Source: Eledone cirrhosa
Lineage: Eukaryota
DNA: 64,000 nt
Assembly: GCA_964016885.1 (NCBI GenBank)
Contig: OZ024740.1
Location: 141,732,001-141,796,000, forward strand
Direction: 5' to 3'
The translations under genes were made by a program, and so were the position numbers. The notes beneath the pieces were generated by a model. That model ran no database searches, was not told where the DNA came from, and saw only the letters and a list, made by a program, of their open reading frames with translations. Below are positions 26,671-40,481 of this stretch, piece after piece (the first letter of the stretch is position 1; each line of letters opens with the position of its first letter).

Positions 26671-28450
26671 AAGAAGAAGAAAACCAGAAAATCTACTACA
26701 ATGGCATCAAATATGAAAGTATAGAAGGGCGAAATAAATAAAATAAAACTGGAAGGCAACACTTCCTGTTGAAAAATTGGTCGATGGCCAATCTCACCGC
26801 AAGCACGTCAGTCGTGATGTCTTTACTAAAAGCTTTGTAACTAGCTCTCCCTCTAATATAGTTTTCTCTATCGCTATCCCCTTACTAAACCTAATCGTAC
26901 TTTTCAGTGTTGTTGACGATTGTCCTCTTAACTAATCGGCTAATCCAGTCTCTATAAGCTTTGAGCGTCGGCAAAGACGCGCTCAGCTTCTAGTAACCGT
27001 GTCACTCTCTACGAAGGCCATTTAGGCCGGCCGTACAGACCCCACATTTGTGGTCTGTGTAACCGACTATTTTAAATGTCTTTCTACTGAAATAAGGAAT
27101 ACCCTATCTAGAAACGATATAGATGACCAGATGGGGTGAATCATGTCCCCATTGGCACATTCGAAAATTCCAGCTGGTACTTGTCAGACTGTTGGTCTCC
27201 ATCGGCTAGCCCAACACAACCCAGTGTGCATCTAAGATGCCGTTCTCCTCTACAAATTGGAAATATAAAAAAAAATTACACATTACTTTATTAAAAGAGG
27301 AAAGACACACAATTTAGTCCCATCTACGCAGTGTCCGAAAAAAAGCTCTTCATGGCTGGAAAGGGTTCGATCATAGGTCTAAACAACAATAACTGCAACA
27401 ACAACGCTATAATTGACAGCAGACCACCACCACTGGTAGCAACAACAAGAATTCCATCACCATCATCACTACCACGAACAACAACAACAACAACTACAAC
27501 ATCAACAACACTGCCACCAACACCACCATCACCACCATCACCACAACCACCACCACCACCACCACCATTAACAACAACAAAATATATATTAAAACCTAGA
27601 TCTAAAATGCTAATCAAATGGTGAAGATAGTAACATAGATCAACTAGTGGAAAAAACAAAAACAAAAGCAACAAAGCAAAATAACAAAATCGATAAATAT
27701 CTACAGAAGAAAGCGCCACAGTTAAAAATCTAATGTTTACGGACAAGAAATTTAGAATTTGAGCCAGAATGATAAATGAAAATATTTCATTTGTTTATCT
27801 CACTAGAGTGAGATAAACGGCCACAAACAGCTAAAAATTATGTTTGCAGAATAATAACTTATTTGATTTAGTTGATATCTCTTGAGAATGTAAACTCGTC
27901 ATTCTGTCTTTCTTTCTCTCTCTCTACCCCTCGCTCACTCTCTCTCTTCCTCTCCCATTCTCCCTCTCTCTCTCTCCTCCCCTTCTCCCCCTCTCTCTCA
28001 CACACTCACTCTGCCCCTTTTCTCTTTTGCTCCATCGCCCAAAATAGAAGGGAAGTTTGATGACATGTTTTTTTAAATTTTCCTGAACAATGTATGTATA
28101 TGAGTATGTGTGTGTACACGGACGTGTATACGTGTTTTAGTTGTTTAGGGAGTTCGGACTACGATCGTAAGTTCGTGAGTTCGATGAACGGCAGCGCTTC
28201 TTCTATTTCCTACGAACTAACACAGTTCTCTTCATAAACTAGAAATAGCGACCAAAAAAATGAAAATGTTCCTGAAAAAGCAGCTGGGGAATTCTTTTTT
28301 TTTTTTTACAGAATCGTTCATCTCTTAGTTCAAAACGTAGAATTCCGAAAACATTTCGATAAAAAAACATTATGCCATTTATATGGGAAACACTTTGATC
28401 TTAGCCAAAAGACGAAGATGAAAGTGTTATGTTTATATATATATATATAA

Positions 28451-28607
28451 TATAGAAAGGCTTCAACAGGACTAGAACTGTTTCATTTGGGAGCCCGAAT
28501 GAAACAGTTCTAGTCCTGTAGAAGCCTTTCTATATTAAATATTTACACTCTGCTTTGTATTGAGTACCTTACTTACTGTGGTTACCCCCGATTGAACCCG
28601 GGATAAA

Positions 28608-28610
<3 letters not shown>
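28451..28610 (+). mobile_element. Family F mini fold-back with tail
   Basis: ~28451-28487 inverted against ~28499-28535; contains a GAAAC..GTC hammerhead-like 3' half; tail to 28610; second copy at 32848-32999. Confidence 0.75.
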
Positions 28611-28676
<66 letters not shown>

Positions 28677-28714
28677 TTCGTTTCTGAATTTGTTTAGCAA
28701 GATTCTTTATCTGA

Positions 28715-29137
28715 AAACATATTAGCAATACATACCCTTTTCAAAGACCTCCCTGTATAGATAAGAAATGTATAATCTGTAAACTAAGCCCCCATATTAA
28801 CTGTAAAACTAGAAATGTAGTATATAGCATAAGATGTACTGAAGGACAATGTAGAGATAAGAATATAGTGTACATAGGTGAGACAGCTCGTAGTATAGGA
28901 GAACGGATAAATGAACACCGGCGAGAGCTTCAAGATAGTAAAGAATCATCTGTACTCTACCAACATGCTAAAATAGAACATAAGGGTAAATTAGAGAACA
29001 TAGAAATAAAAATAGAATCTACACAGAGAAAAGACGCAATGTTTAGACAAATCACAGAGGCAATAAACATAAATGAACTCCAACCAAAATTAAATAGAAA
29101 ACACGAATGGAATAGCAACATCACAACTTACAATTAA
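28715..29137 (+). pseudogene. PLE C-terminal GIY-YIG endonuclease with Cys-rich linker (5'-truncated, frame open)
   Basis: CIDKKCIICKLSPHINCKTRNVVYSIRC..VYIGETARSIGERINEH..HAKIEH..RQITEAININELQPKLNRKHEW. Confidence 0.9.
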
Positions 29138-29334
29138 GGACAAAATGAAAACACACACACATAGAACGAACAAACAACCAGTAACATGTAAATAAACAAA
29201 TAAATAAACAAATATAAACACACACAGACACCCGGATGTAACACATGCGTAAACTAAACACACAACACACACAAAAACAAGATGGCGTAGGACAGAACAA
29301 AGGAGAGGCCCCAAAACAAAGAAAAGAATTCCCA

Positions 29335-29377
29335 GTCACTGAAGAGGTCACAGAATGTGTGACGAAAGAACTTTGAC
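29335..29377 (+). ncRNA. Hammerhead ribozyme (family B)
   Basis: GTCA-CTGAAGA-G-GTCAC/GTGAC-GAAA-GAAC-TT-TGAC. Confidence 0.72.
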
Positions 29378-29525
29378 AATATATGAACAATCGTCTGGTT
29401 GTGGAACCAACCAACCAACCGGAAATTTATAAATTCCTAAATTTATAAATTTAATTTATAATAAATTGAAGTGAAAGCAACTGGTGCGTGTGTTTCTTAT
29501 TGGCAACATGACCCTCCCAAAGTAT

Positions 29526-29617
<92 letters not shown>

Positions 29618-30019
29618 GGAGAGACCAACTCAAGTGTTTTTTTTAATTCAGGGCTCAAACTCAAACTCAAACGCCTAGCAACACAGCTCGTATATATTAG
29701 AGAAATTAGCGCTTGTGATACCACACCGCCCGAAAATACATGTGATTTTACGATACAAGTTATTTATTTATCAACAGAACCTTCCATCATAATATCAGTA
29801 GACATTTTTGTTATGTTACAAACACCTACTTAATAATGAGAAAGTTAAGCCACTACAAATGCTTGATTAATTTCAAAACTATAAGATCATAGGCAGCGTA
29901 TTTCACTAGACATTTGGTTTAAATGAAATACATAATTTAGCTTAATGAAAAAATCATAAGGTCCTTATCATATAGATATAGGAAGATGTTTTACGTGGAA
30001 ATATTCCCGAAATGATTTA

Positions 30020-30892
30020 TCTAATATATAAAACTGAGGATGTCTGTCTGTGTGTGTGTGAGTTCGAATCCCTAAAACTCGAGAACCACCCAACCGACTG
30101 TTTTCAAACTTTACACATGTAATATTTATGTTTCAGGGAGTGTTCTGAGCAAAAAGAATTTAAATTTTCTATGCCCCAGGGACCACATTAGGGGATTTAG
30201 CGATCTCGCTCTATAATTCTTAGTCTTTCTCTTTTTAGATAGATACATACTTTTAACGTCGCGCCCTTATAATATCTGTCTGTATGTCTGTATGTCTGTA
30301 TGTCTGTATGTCTGCATTACGTCACTTCCTTGAGGATGTGTGTGTGTGTGTGTGTGTGAGTTTGAATCCCTAAAACTCGAGAAGTACCCAACCGATTTTT
30401 TTCAAACTTTACATGTGTATTACTTATGTTTCAGGGAGTGATATGGACATAACAAATTCAACTTTTTTTTTTATCTCCTAGGGCCCGCATTAGGTGAAAA
30501 ACTGCATTGTTTAACATTTTTAGGGGTTTTTTGAGGCGTTACGTCAGACCGATTTCCTTGAAATTGTAACTATGTATTAGTCAGTCTCTTCTTCATACCG
30601 TAGGCAAAGAAAATCCAAACTTCATTTTTTCAGCTTCTTAGGGCTTTTTGGAGGCGTTACGTCTAGCCGATTTTCCCTAAATTTCAAGGCATATTATGCA
30701 CATAAAAAAAATTCATTTTCTTGATCCCCTGCATTTTTCCTGCTTCAACGAGGAAAATCTTAAAGATTATCCAGCCATCAGAGTATTCAGTTTATTTTCT
30801 TTACATATTGTCCAGGCATGCAGTTTTTAGGTCTATTGGCGGCCCGCGTTCCAAAATACCTTATCCCGTGCAACGCCGGGTACCACTGCTAG
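30020..30892 (+). mobile_element. Complete non-autonomous Helitron (~870 bp)
   Basis: A|TC start, 3' hairpin CCCGTGCAACGCCGGG at 30865-30880, CTAG|T end; internal duplication ~30035-30180 vs ~30330-30490; no ORF. Confidence 0.88.
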
Positions 30893-31646
30893 TATAAAAT
30901 AGTTTTTTCCCCTCTTTTCAGATATTTTCCAATTAATTGGGAAGCCATGGCAACGTGTACGCATACGCAAAGGATCGCTCATGTTAAAATATTGCACATG
31001 TGTTAGAAATATAAAAATAAAACACCAAAAACATAAATTGCAAATTTTGTTTCTATATATTTAAAAATTGTTTCGGAAATATCTCTGCTGTTTTATTTAC
31101 TGTAAGTAAAATTACGAAATAAGGTGCTGTAATTATAAATACTAGCATGCTAGCATGTAATTATAAATACTACATGCGACTGATACCGTTTCTCTTCTTT
31201 AGTATTGCATATTTATATATATATATATATATACACACATATATGTATGTATATAAGTATGTATGTTCGTGTGTATATTTGTTTATATGTATGCATGTTG
31301 TATGTGTGCGTGTGTGCGTACAAGTGTGTGTGTGTATGTATGTGTCTTTGATTGTGTGACGAGAACTGATATTAGAGTTCTATGAGTAGTTTGGTGGGAT
31401 TTAACACTGATTTGAGGGACAAAGTAGGGTGACGGTAATGGTGGATAATGATGAGAATGGCTTATATAATATTCGATTCGTTTCGCCCTTTGATAAAATC
31501 GTCATCATGGCGTATTGAGGCCGCTCGCTTGCAAACGAATCGAATTTTATTATTATTCGAAATAACCAATAATTGTATTTATGTAATCCGCTGTGTTGGA
31601 GCGAAAATTCAAATTATATATATGTCTATATATATGTCTATATATA

Positions 31647-31794
<148 letters not shown>

Positions 31795-31879
31795 GGTTTA
31801 TATATATATGTATATATATGTTTAGGTATATATATATATGTTTAGGTATATATATATGTTTAGGTATATATATATGTTT

Positions 31880-31957
<78 letters not shown>

Positions 31958-31962
31958 ATATA

Positions 31963-32320
31963 TGATACAAGAACGAATGGTTACTCCTACATTACGTTTA
32001 TTGGTTGGCGACGCGCGTTTCGCTATTGATCAGCTCAAGGTTCGAGCTGTATCGATCTGACTCGACTCTGGAATCAAAAGCTCATCGGACCTCTACAACA
32101 GAGGTCTGATGAGTTTTTGATTCCAGACTCGAGCTAGATCGATACAGATCGAACCTTGAGCTGATCAATAGCGAAATGCGTGCCACCAACCAGTATCACG
32201 TAATGAAGGCTTAACCATCCATCCTTGTATTATTATATACTCTGTCTAGCTCTACACCTCCATACTGACGTGAACCTAAACATCGAGTGCTCACCCGGGT
32301 GAACCCATAGTAATTCCTTG
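31963..32320 (+). mobile_element. Family G fold-back with tail
   Basis: ~31965-32093 inverted (diverged) against ~32099-32230; tail 32231-32320; (TA)n flanks. Confidence 0.8.
32103..32187 (+). ncRNA. Hammerhead with ~60-nt extended stem II (family G)
   Basis: CTGATGA at 32106, G(C/T)TTTTGAT/ATCAATAGC stem II base, GAAA at 32173; the inverted arm preserves GAAA-CGCGCG-TC. Confidence 0.65.
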
Positions 32321-32347
32321 TATATATATACATATATATAAAGTATG

Positions 32348-32410
<63 letters not shown>

Positions 32411-32412
<2 letters not shown>

Positions 32413-32787
32413 GATATTAAACAAATGGAAACTATATTTATAAAACCATATTTATTTCATTATACATATTTCAGGGATACCATATTAAAAATATGGCATG
32501 CCTTCTTCAGATAAAATACAATATATAAGCAGTTTTATAAATAAATTTGACGTCATGGTACGTCAAATTTATTTATAAAACTGCTTATATATTGTATTTT
32601 ATCTGAAGAAGGCATGCCATATTTTTAATATGGTATCCCTGAAATATGTATAATGAAATAAATATGGTTTTATAAATATAGTTTCCATTTGTTTAATATC
32701 GTATATCTACTCCAAAACTTGTTGAGTGCTTTATATCAGTTATAAAATATTTACTCGTTGTAACCCAACAATTTTAAATAAAACTTT

Positions 32788-32790
<3 letters not shown>
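32411..32790 (+). mobile_element. Family C fold-back with near-perfect arms and tail
   Basis: 32411-32553 inverted against ~32558-32702; tail 32703-32790. Confidence 0.85.
32595..32660 (+). ncRNA. Hammerhead ribozyme (family C); mirror copy on minus strand at ~32453-32518
   Basis: TATTTTAT-CTGAAGA-stem II (ATGCCATATT/AATATGGTAT)-GAAA-TATGTA-TA-ATGAAATA. Confidence 0.75.
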
Positions 32791-32847
<57 letters not shown>

Positions 32848-32852
<5 letters not shown>

Positions 32853-32995
32853 AAGGCTTCTACAGGACCAGAACTATTTCATTCGATTGAAACATTTCTA
32901 GTCCTGTAGAAGTCCTTTCTATATTAAATCTTATATATACTCTCGTATGTATTGAGTACCTTACCTACTGTGGTTACCCCCGATTGAACTCGGAA

Positions 32996-32999
<4 letters not shown>
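32848..32999 (+). mobile_element. Family F mini fold-back, second copy
   Basis: Homologous to 28451-28610. Confidence 0.75.
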
Positions 33000-33064
<65 letters not shown>

Positions 33065-33076
33065 TGGTGCGCGCGC

Positions 33077-33117
<41 letters not shown>

Positions 33118-33165
33118 TGTGTATGTATATATATATATATATATATATATGAGTGTGTGTATGTA

Positions 33166-33299
<134 letters not shown>

Positions 33300-33300
33300 C

Positions 33301-33331
<31 letters not shown>

Positions 33332-33337
33332 CACACA

Positions 33338-33396
<59 letters not shown>

Positions 33397-33452
33397 CTGC
33401 CAAGACTGGAATTGAACCATTAGCACAGTTGAGGTATGTTATACTTCAATTT

Positions 33453-33524
33453 ATATATTTTATCTGATGAGGACGTACTGAGGAAACAGCAGAGTACCTC
33501 CGAAATATATATAATAAAATATAT
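33453..33524 (+). ncRNA. Hammerhead ribozyme in a short (TA)n-flanked element (33396-33566)
   Basis: ATATATTTTAT-CTGATGA-GGA.GTACT/AGTAC.TCC-GAAA-TATATA-TA-ATAAAATATAT; 11-bp helix I. Confidence 0.85.
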
Positions 33525-33562
33525 TTGATTACATGAATGTCTATATTTATTCATATTTTGAA

Positions 33563-33636
<74 letters not shown>

Positions 33637-33653
33637 TATCTATATATATATAC

Positions 33654-33798
<145 letters not shown>

Positions 33799-33799
33799 C

Positions 33800-33852
<53 letters not shown>

Positions 33853-34446
33853 ACGTGCACCCATATACATGTATAAATAATTTCAGCTTTAGAAAATATT
33901 TAACAGTTTAACATAATATATAAAATGAGAAATTTAAACTCCTATGATGTCTGCTTCACAAGTAACACACAGCATAGGTTATTCAAAAGTTTCTTATGTT
34001 TTTTTCTGGCTTACGTTCTTTATTGTTTTTATCAATTTATCCCAGCTTTTAACAGAATTCAATATTCGTTATCGTCTTCTCATAACTGGTTGCCTATATT
34101 GACCTGACCTATGACATATACAGGTGTATATAGCACCAAATGTAAATTCTATAGATGTCTATATAGCCTGCTAGTGACTGACATTCGTGTGTACAGTATC
34201 AACTTCAAAAGGCATGTTTGAATGAATGTATGTAACTAGTATATAGTATTCTGGTGAATGTAAGTGCACGCGCACCTTTATGTAGGTACGTGATTGTTCA
34301 CATGCGATTAAATGTATGTATGTATATGTGTATGTTTATATATATATGTGTATGTATGTATGTATGTATGTATGTATGTATGTATGTATGTATGTATGTA
34401 TGTGTATGTTCGTATGTGTGTACGTATGTATTTATATTTGTATGTT

Positions 34447-34478
<32 letters not shown>

Positions 34479-35482
34479 TGTATGTATGTATGTATGTATG
34501 TTCGTATGTGTGTATGTATGTATGTTTGTATGTGTGCATGTATGTATTTATATTTGTATGTATGCGTATGTGAGGGCTTGGGTTGTTTAGCTCCCGGACG
34601 TATGGTTATGAGTTCGATTCCCGACTGCGTATTGTGTCATTGATCAAGCCGCTGCAAATTCTACACGGAACTCATAAGGCCACCCTTGTGAGATACTGTA
34701 TCTCGCTGAATCTAGATGTGAATTAGGTTAGGGGTAAGCCTGTTAAGCAAATGTTCAGCTACATGTACCTTAATTTTGCACAAACAGCTTGAACAAGTGT
34801 TTTGTTATGTTATGTTACGTGTGTGTGTATGTATGTATGTATGTATGTATGTATGTATGTATGTATGTATGTATGTATGTATGTATGTATGTATGTATGT
34901 ATGTTTGTACGCACGCATGTTTGTAGGTTTGCATGTATGTTATATAATATGTGAATTTGCAAGTATGGCTATATTTATATATGTAATATATATATATTAT
35001 ATATATAGGCATGCATATATGTATGTTATATACTTTATGTATGTATATATGTTACGTATCTACACATGTACGCATGTATGCATTTGTTCTATGAAATTAA
35101 TGTGTATGGAAATCTGGTCCTGCCAGTTGTTTCTTCACAAATGTTGTCTATGAAATACGTCTTTACCTCGTTGGAAAAATTCCAAAGCCAGAGGTTTTAT
35201 GGTAGTTTGTAAGGGCTATAGACACACTGGCTCGTCAAGACTGTAGACTTGACGTATAGCGTGTCTCTTGCAAACATATTTACAACACAGCAAATAGCCA
35301 AACAAACATAATTGAATCTTTTACGTAATGTGTGAGTATTTAGAAATCTCATCGCCATTGATGGTTTCTCATATCTCATTTCTGTCCAGAGAAAGAAAGA
35401 CAGGGAATATAAAAAGAAAGTGAGTGAGAGAGAGTGAGAGGGAGAGAGAGGGGGAAGAGAGAGAGAGAGAGAGAGAGAGAGA

Positions 35483-35518
<36 letters not shown>

Positions 35519-35604
35519 AAGAAAGAGTAAGAAATGGATTAATCTATTACTCTATTATGTGTTTCAGCCGAAAGACTGAGGCCATGCTGGGGCATCACCA
35601 TTGT

Positions 35605-38600
35605 CTACTGATAAATGTTTTCTCTTATTCGCTGCGTTCATAACTAGAAGTGGTGGAGAGGCGGTAAGAGTGTTAAGCTCGCAGTCACCTCCTCTCACCA
35701 CCTCATTGAAAGACATCGAAAATGTCGTCAGTTTTGAAAACACGATGTCGGACGTTGATTGTAACATCAAACACTAACACAAACACCAATAACATGCTAA
35801 ATATAAACAACACCAACCAGACCAACAACAACAACAACAACAATAATGACAACAAGAACAACAACAGCAACAATGATAACAACAACAACAACAATGATAA
35901 CAACAACACCAACAACAACAACAACACGAACAACTCCACGAACAAGGAAAAGATTTCTTTTGCTCAAACCGTCCAAAAGACGGAACTGTTCACATACCTT
36001 GACATTTCCAATGCTAGGGAAATGTTAAGCGATGCAAAACAGTATGTAACTTTTGGTGAGAGTGGTGCTTTCAGCATCACTTCTCCTCAACAATTACGCA
36101 GAGAAACTGTTCTAAAAACAGTAATTTTTAGGACGGTTCAAATGTGTCGAAAAAACCAGTTCAGTTATCCCAAAACGATATTGAACTGGTTCTGAAGAAT
36201 TCCATGAAGGATATTGCCTTCATCCAAAAAGAGAAACTTTTTGGAAGCATTTCCGTGTTGTTCAAAGACCAATTGACAGCACAAAAATATTCTGTATCGC
36301 CGATTGTGTCCCCCCTTTACACCTTTTTCCCCACATATATGGGAAAAAGAACTAAAAAAATAAAAATTTTGAACATTGTATCAAATGTAAACGTCTGGTG
36401 GATTCTAACTGGCTTCATCGATTTCGACGAAGACACCATCATTTCGGTGGGAAAGTCCTCCAGAGGCAACAAGTCCACGATTCGGTCTTTGAAGGACCAA
36501 AACGGACGCGTGATACGTGAGCCGAAGCAGATGTGTGCGGCCTTTCAGCGGCACTTTGCTCAGCTGTTCGGGCAGGGCGGCGCGCCGGGAGGGGCTATGG
36601 ATTTCCGTCCATACCTCGACGGCCTACCGTGACTCTCGGACAGCGAGGCAAAGTTCTGCGAAAAGCCGATTTCAGCCCCTGAGATAGGGAACGCGTTGAG
36701 CCAATGCGGCAAATGCAAATCTCCAGGTCTCGACGGTCTACCCTACGAATTTTACGTAGCAATGCCGGACTTATTCTCCGGTGTCCTGGAAACGGTCTAC
36801 TGCAACTGGCAACAGAACCGGAGAATTCCCAGTTCTGTGACCGGGGGCGTAGTCACACTAGTCAGGAAGGACGAGAATAAGGGGGATGACATAGGCAACT
36901 TTCGGTCCATAGCTCTGCTCAACACAGAATTACAGATTTTGGACAAGGTGTTGGCAAAGAGGCTGGCGCTTGTCGTCGAGAACCTGGTGAGAGAAGCGCA
37001 GACATGCGCAATCCCGACCAGGTCCATACACGACAACCTCCACCTCATGCGATACATCATAGAGAGGGAAGGGTGTAAACCCGGCTTCGGTGGGGCCCTG
37101 ATCAACTTGGATCAGTCTAAGACTTTCGATAGGTTTGACCATCGTTACCTGCAATCGGTGCTCGAGGCGGCAGGCTTCGGACCCGTGTTCAGGGGCTGGA
37201 TTGCTGCAATGCATAACAGCAACATCTGCTCAAGGGTTAAGGTGAACGGCTACCTCTCGGAGCCGTTCCATATCACGTGATCCATTCGACAAGGATGCCC
37301 TCTCTCCTCCCTTCTGTACGTATTGACTCTCGAGCCACTACTGCGGAAGTTGAAGCTATTGCAGGGCATCCCTCTGGAACCGGGACTGCGGAAAGCGGCG
37401 TCGGCCTACGCCGACGACGTGACAGTAATGGTGTCGAGCGCCTCGCAAATCAAAGGAGTCGGCATCTTACTGAAGGAATACGAAAGGTTCACAGGAGCGA
37501 AGCTGAACCGGGACAAGTCCATCGGTTTGCAACTCGGATCGTGGAGAGGCAAACCGATGCCTTCCGATGGCGTCGTCGGACACTGGACGGAAGGACCAGT
37601 AAAGCTGCTCGGGGTCTGGTTTGGTCCGGACCTCCAGGTGGAGAAGAACTGGAACGAGGTGTCGGCCAAGGTGTTTGCACTCACCCAGAAGTGGGCCGAG
37701 TGCAAACTATCATTGAAAGGTCGAGCGGAGGTGGCGAACACTTTTATAGCGTCCGTCATCTACTACCGCTTGACCGTCGTGCCTTGTCCAGCCAAAACGC
37801 TCGCCAAAATGGAGCGCGCGCTCTCCAATTCATTTGGAAGAGGCGGGCTCCTTTAGTGAGAAGATCCATCTGCTGCCAACGCCCTTCCAACGGAGGGCTG
37901 GGGAAGCCGTGGCTGACGATGCGCAAACACGCGCTCAGGCTGCGGCATCTCTACGTATTCTCATCGGACAACCGGTGTGGGCCCCGTTCGTGAGGCGAGC
38001 CTTCCCACGACTCGTCTCGCTGACCGAGCTGCAGTCCTGGGTCCAGCAAAGACCGAGGAAAATGGGCGACTGGCACATCGAATGTGCCCAGGCACTCACA
38101 GCCCACTGGCAGGCGGACCCGGCGATCAGTGGAGACTCCACTTCGTCATTCTATAGAGGGTTGATCCGCAGCAAGTGCGACGACGTGCTCGGTGAAACTC
38201 TGGGCGTAGAGGAAGACGAACTGGCCAGTCTGTTCGGTAGGACCTTCCGCCCGGGACCGATGGACAACTTCCAAAAGTCCCTGGCCTGGCAGTGCTACCG
38301 AGGAGCTCTACCAGTTCGAGACAAGCTCTACAGACATGGGCGCCCGGGCAGGGACCCTGTAAAAAAGATCTGTCCGAGGTGCGTGCGAGACGAAGAAACC
38401 GTCGCGCACGCATTCATACATTGCCCGGGCGTCACCGACCTGTGGGGCTATGTAGAACGACTATTGTCGCGGGTGGGACTAATCCGGTTGACCACCGAGT
38501 TGTCATGATCAAACCGCCACCCTCCTTCAAAAACGAAGGCGAGGCGGTTTTCCTTTGTGTTATAGCTATGCCGAAAGAGGTTGTATGGTGGACAAGGTTG

Positions 38601-39022
38601 AAAGGGCTGAGGTCAGACACCTTTCTCTCCGGCCAACAACTGATTCTTTTTTTTCAAATACCACTTTGGGAGAAGAATCAGGATGGAGAGAGAGGTGCTG
38701 TACTCCAGCAAGTTTTATGAAAGGTGGGTGAAAGTGGCGAGAATGACCCGAGTAAATGGGCCTTCTCTCTATATCAGCCTATAGGTTGAGGAAAAAGAGG
38801 AGGAGAGGAAGGGAGTACAAACTCTTCGTACTCCTGAAGATGAGGGTTGCACATTTTTTCGGGGGTATGTGTTACCCATATGAAATGTCTCCTCCTATTG
38901 GGGAAAATCGACTAATTTTTAAATTACATTTGTGATAATATTTTACACGTTTTTATTGTATGTAAACTTCCCCTTTGTATTTGTCCCCTGCTTTTGTGCC
39001 CCTGTGGCTAATAAACAAACAT
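35605..39022 (+). mobile_element. Tx1-like copy T5 (ORF1 5' part fused to the ORF2 RT region)
   Basis: ORF1 remnant 35722-36460, jump at ~36463 to GNKSTIRSL of ORF2, RT motifs, zinc finger, 3' UTR then (ATCT)n. Confidence 0.9.
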
Positions 39023-39199
39023 ATCTATCTATCTATCTATATACGTACACACACACACACACGCACACACAATATATATATATAAAAATATATATATATA
39101 TACACATATATACATATATATATGTATACACACACACACATATATACATATATATATATATATACACACACACACATATATATATATACATTTATATAA

Positions 39200-39231
<32 letters not shown>

Positions 39232-40051
39232 GAAAAAATGGGGAGAAGAATACTGCAGGTTGCACATGGATAACATGTAATAAAATAAGTCCCTCATCGG
39301 TGATTTGCCGACGATCATAGATATTTCATTGCATTAAAAATCATATACCTCACGTCGGTGCAATAATAACTAAATTAAGTTATTAGGACAATTAAAACGC
39401 GTAAAGTTATTAGGACAATTAAAACGCGTAAAGCGAGTGAGACAAGATAACAACAAAGAGGAGAGCTAACCGTAGAAGGAAGGGAACAAGCTTCATAGTT
39501 ATTCTGTTAGCATAAGCTAGGTGAATATATGAGCGCTTAGAAAAAAGACCTTTCAGGAACGAATTCAAATGTGAGAAAGAGAGAAAATGTTTTCGTCGCG
39601 AACGGGGTGAAGTGAGAAGAGGAGAAACAACATGATCTATTAATTAAGAATCGACAAGATACGGTTTATAACTTGGTTGTATGCTGAACCATCGTGAATT
39701 ATATGATAGACCCGAGTTCTATATATTGCGTCTCATGGATTATGTGAGTGGTGGTGTGCGCGAAGACAGTGGTACTGTTTTGCCTACGATATAATATGGT
39801 TTATAATATGTTTGAAATTTTAGATATTTTGGTGTTTCTCTACATTCGGGACTGTATACCATACAGGTGTATGCGAATAAATGATTTAATAATTCAGCCC
39901 ACATAATAATATCGATTGCCTGCAAATAACATTCTGACGCACTCTAATCCTGTATAAATAAGACACGCGTGCATGCTACACGTGAGATTGTTTCATACAC
40001 TGACTACTCTAAACTTCCCTCTTGCTTTATCTTCATAGACTGCCAATGCTT

Positions 40052-40168
40052 CATTTTTATTTTCATTTTTATTTTTATTTTTATTTTTATTTTTATTTTT
40101 ATTTTTATTTTTATTTTTATATTTATTTTTATTTTTATTTTTATTTTTATTTTTATTTTTATTTTTAT
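40052..40168. repeat. (TTTTTA)n hexamer repeat
   Basis: Direct run. Confidence 0.93.
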
Positions 40169-40305
40169 CCTTTAACCTTTATATGTAAATTGCACTGCTA
40201 TATCATTTTGATGGATGTCATCCCACTGTGGATCAATATGTGCATATGTTTTATATGTCTCTTGTGTTGAAAAGGAGGTCAAGTATGTTATAGATCACTA
40301 AATAG

Positions 40306-40354
40306 TTGCTCCGAAGAATCCAAACCTCGGTTTGGAGGAAACAATTGTAAGCAA
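40306..40354 (+). ncRNA. Hammerhead ribozyme with one core substitution
   Basis: TTGCT-CCGAAGA-A-TCCAAAC/GTTTGGA-G-GAAA-CAATTG-TA-AGCAA; (TA)n begins ~40 bp downstream. Confidence 0.7.
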
Positions 40355-40415
40355 ATAAATGATTTAAACTGAACTTTGATTATTGTAATCTCTATATATA
40401 AATATATATATATAA

Positions 40416-40481
<66 letters not shown>

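Larger units (their letters stand above)
25585..27247 (-). mobile_element. Older Tx1-like copy, minus strand, deleted and interrupted by SINEs
   Basis: GPMENFQKSLAWQCYRG..CPIC..DETVLHA at ~25917-26270; endonuclease remnants NGILDAHW, LDR, VGYTDHK and LAIDQFF at ~26760-27247. Confidence 0.8.
28676..29530 (+). mobile_element. 5'-truncated Penelope-like element (family B parent, Neptune-like)
   Basis: Inverted tail 28676-28716, GIY-YIG coding region, pseudo-LTR with HHR, ends in (TA)n. Confidence 0.88.

Noticed and set aside
27324-27746. Pro/Thr-rich and Gly/Val-rich ORFs
   Set aside because: (ACC)/(AAC) low-complexity tract.
39740-39925. Minus-strand ORF with VYS..C..YIVGKT resembling GIY-YIG
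   Set aside because: Motif spacing is poor and there is no supporting RT; would need an HMM search.
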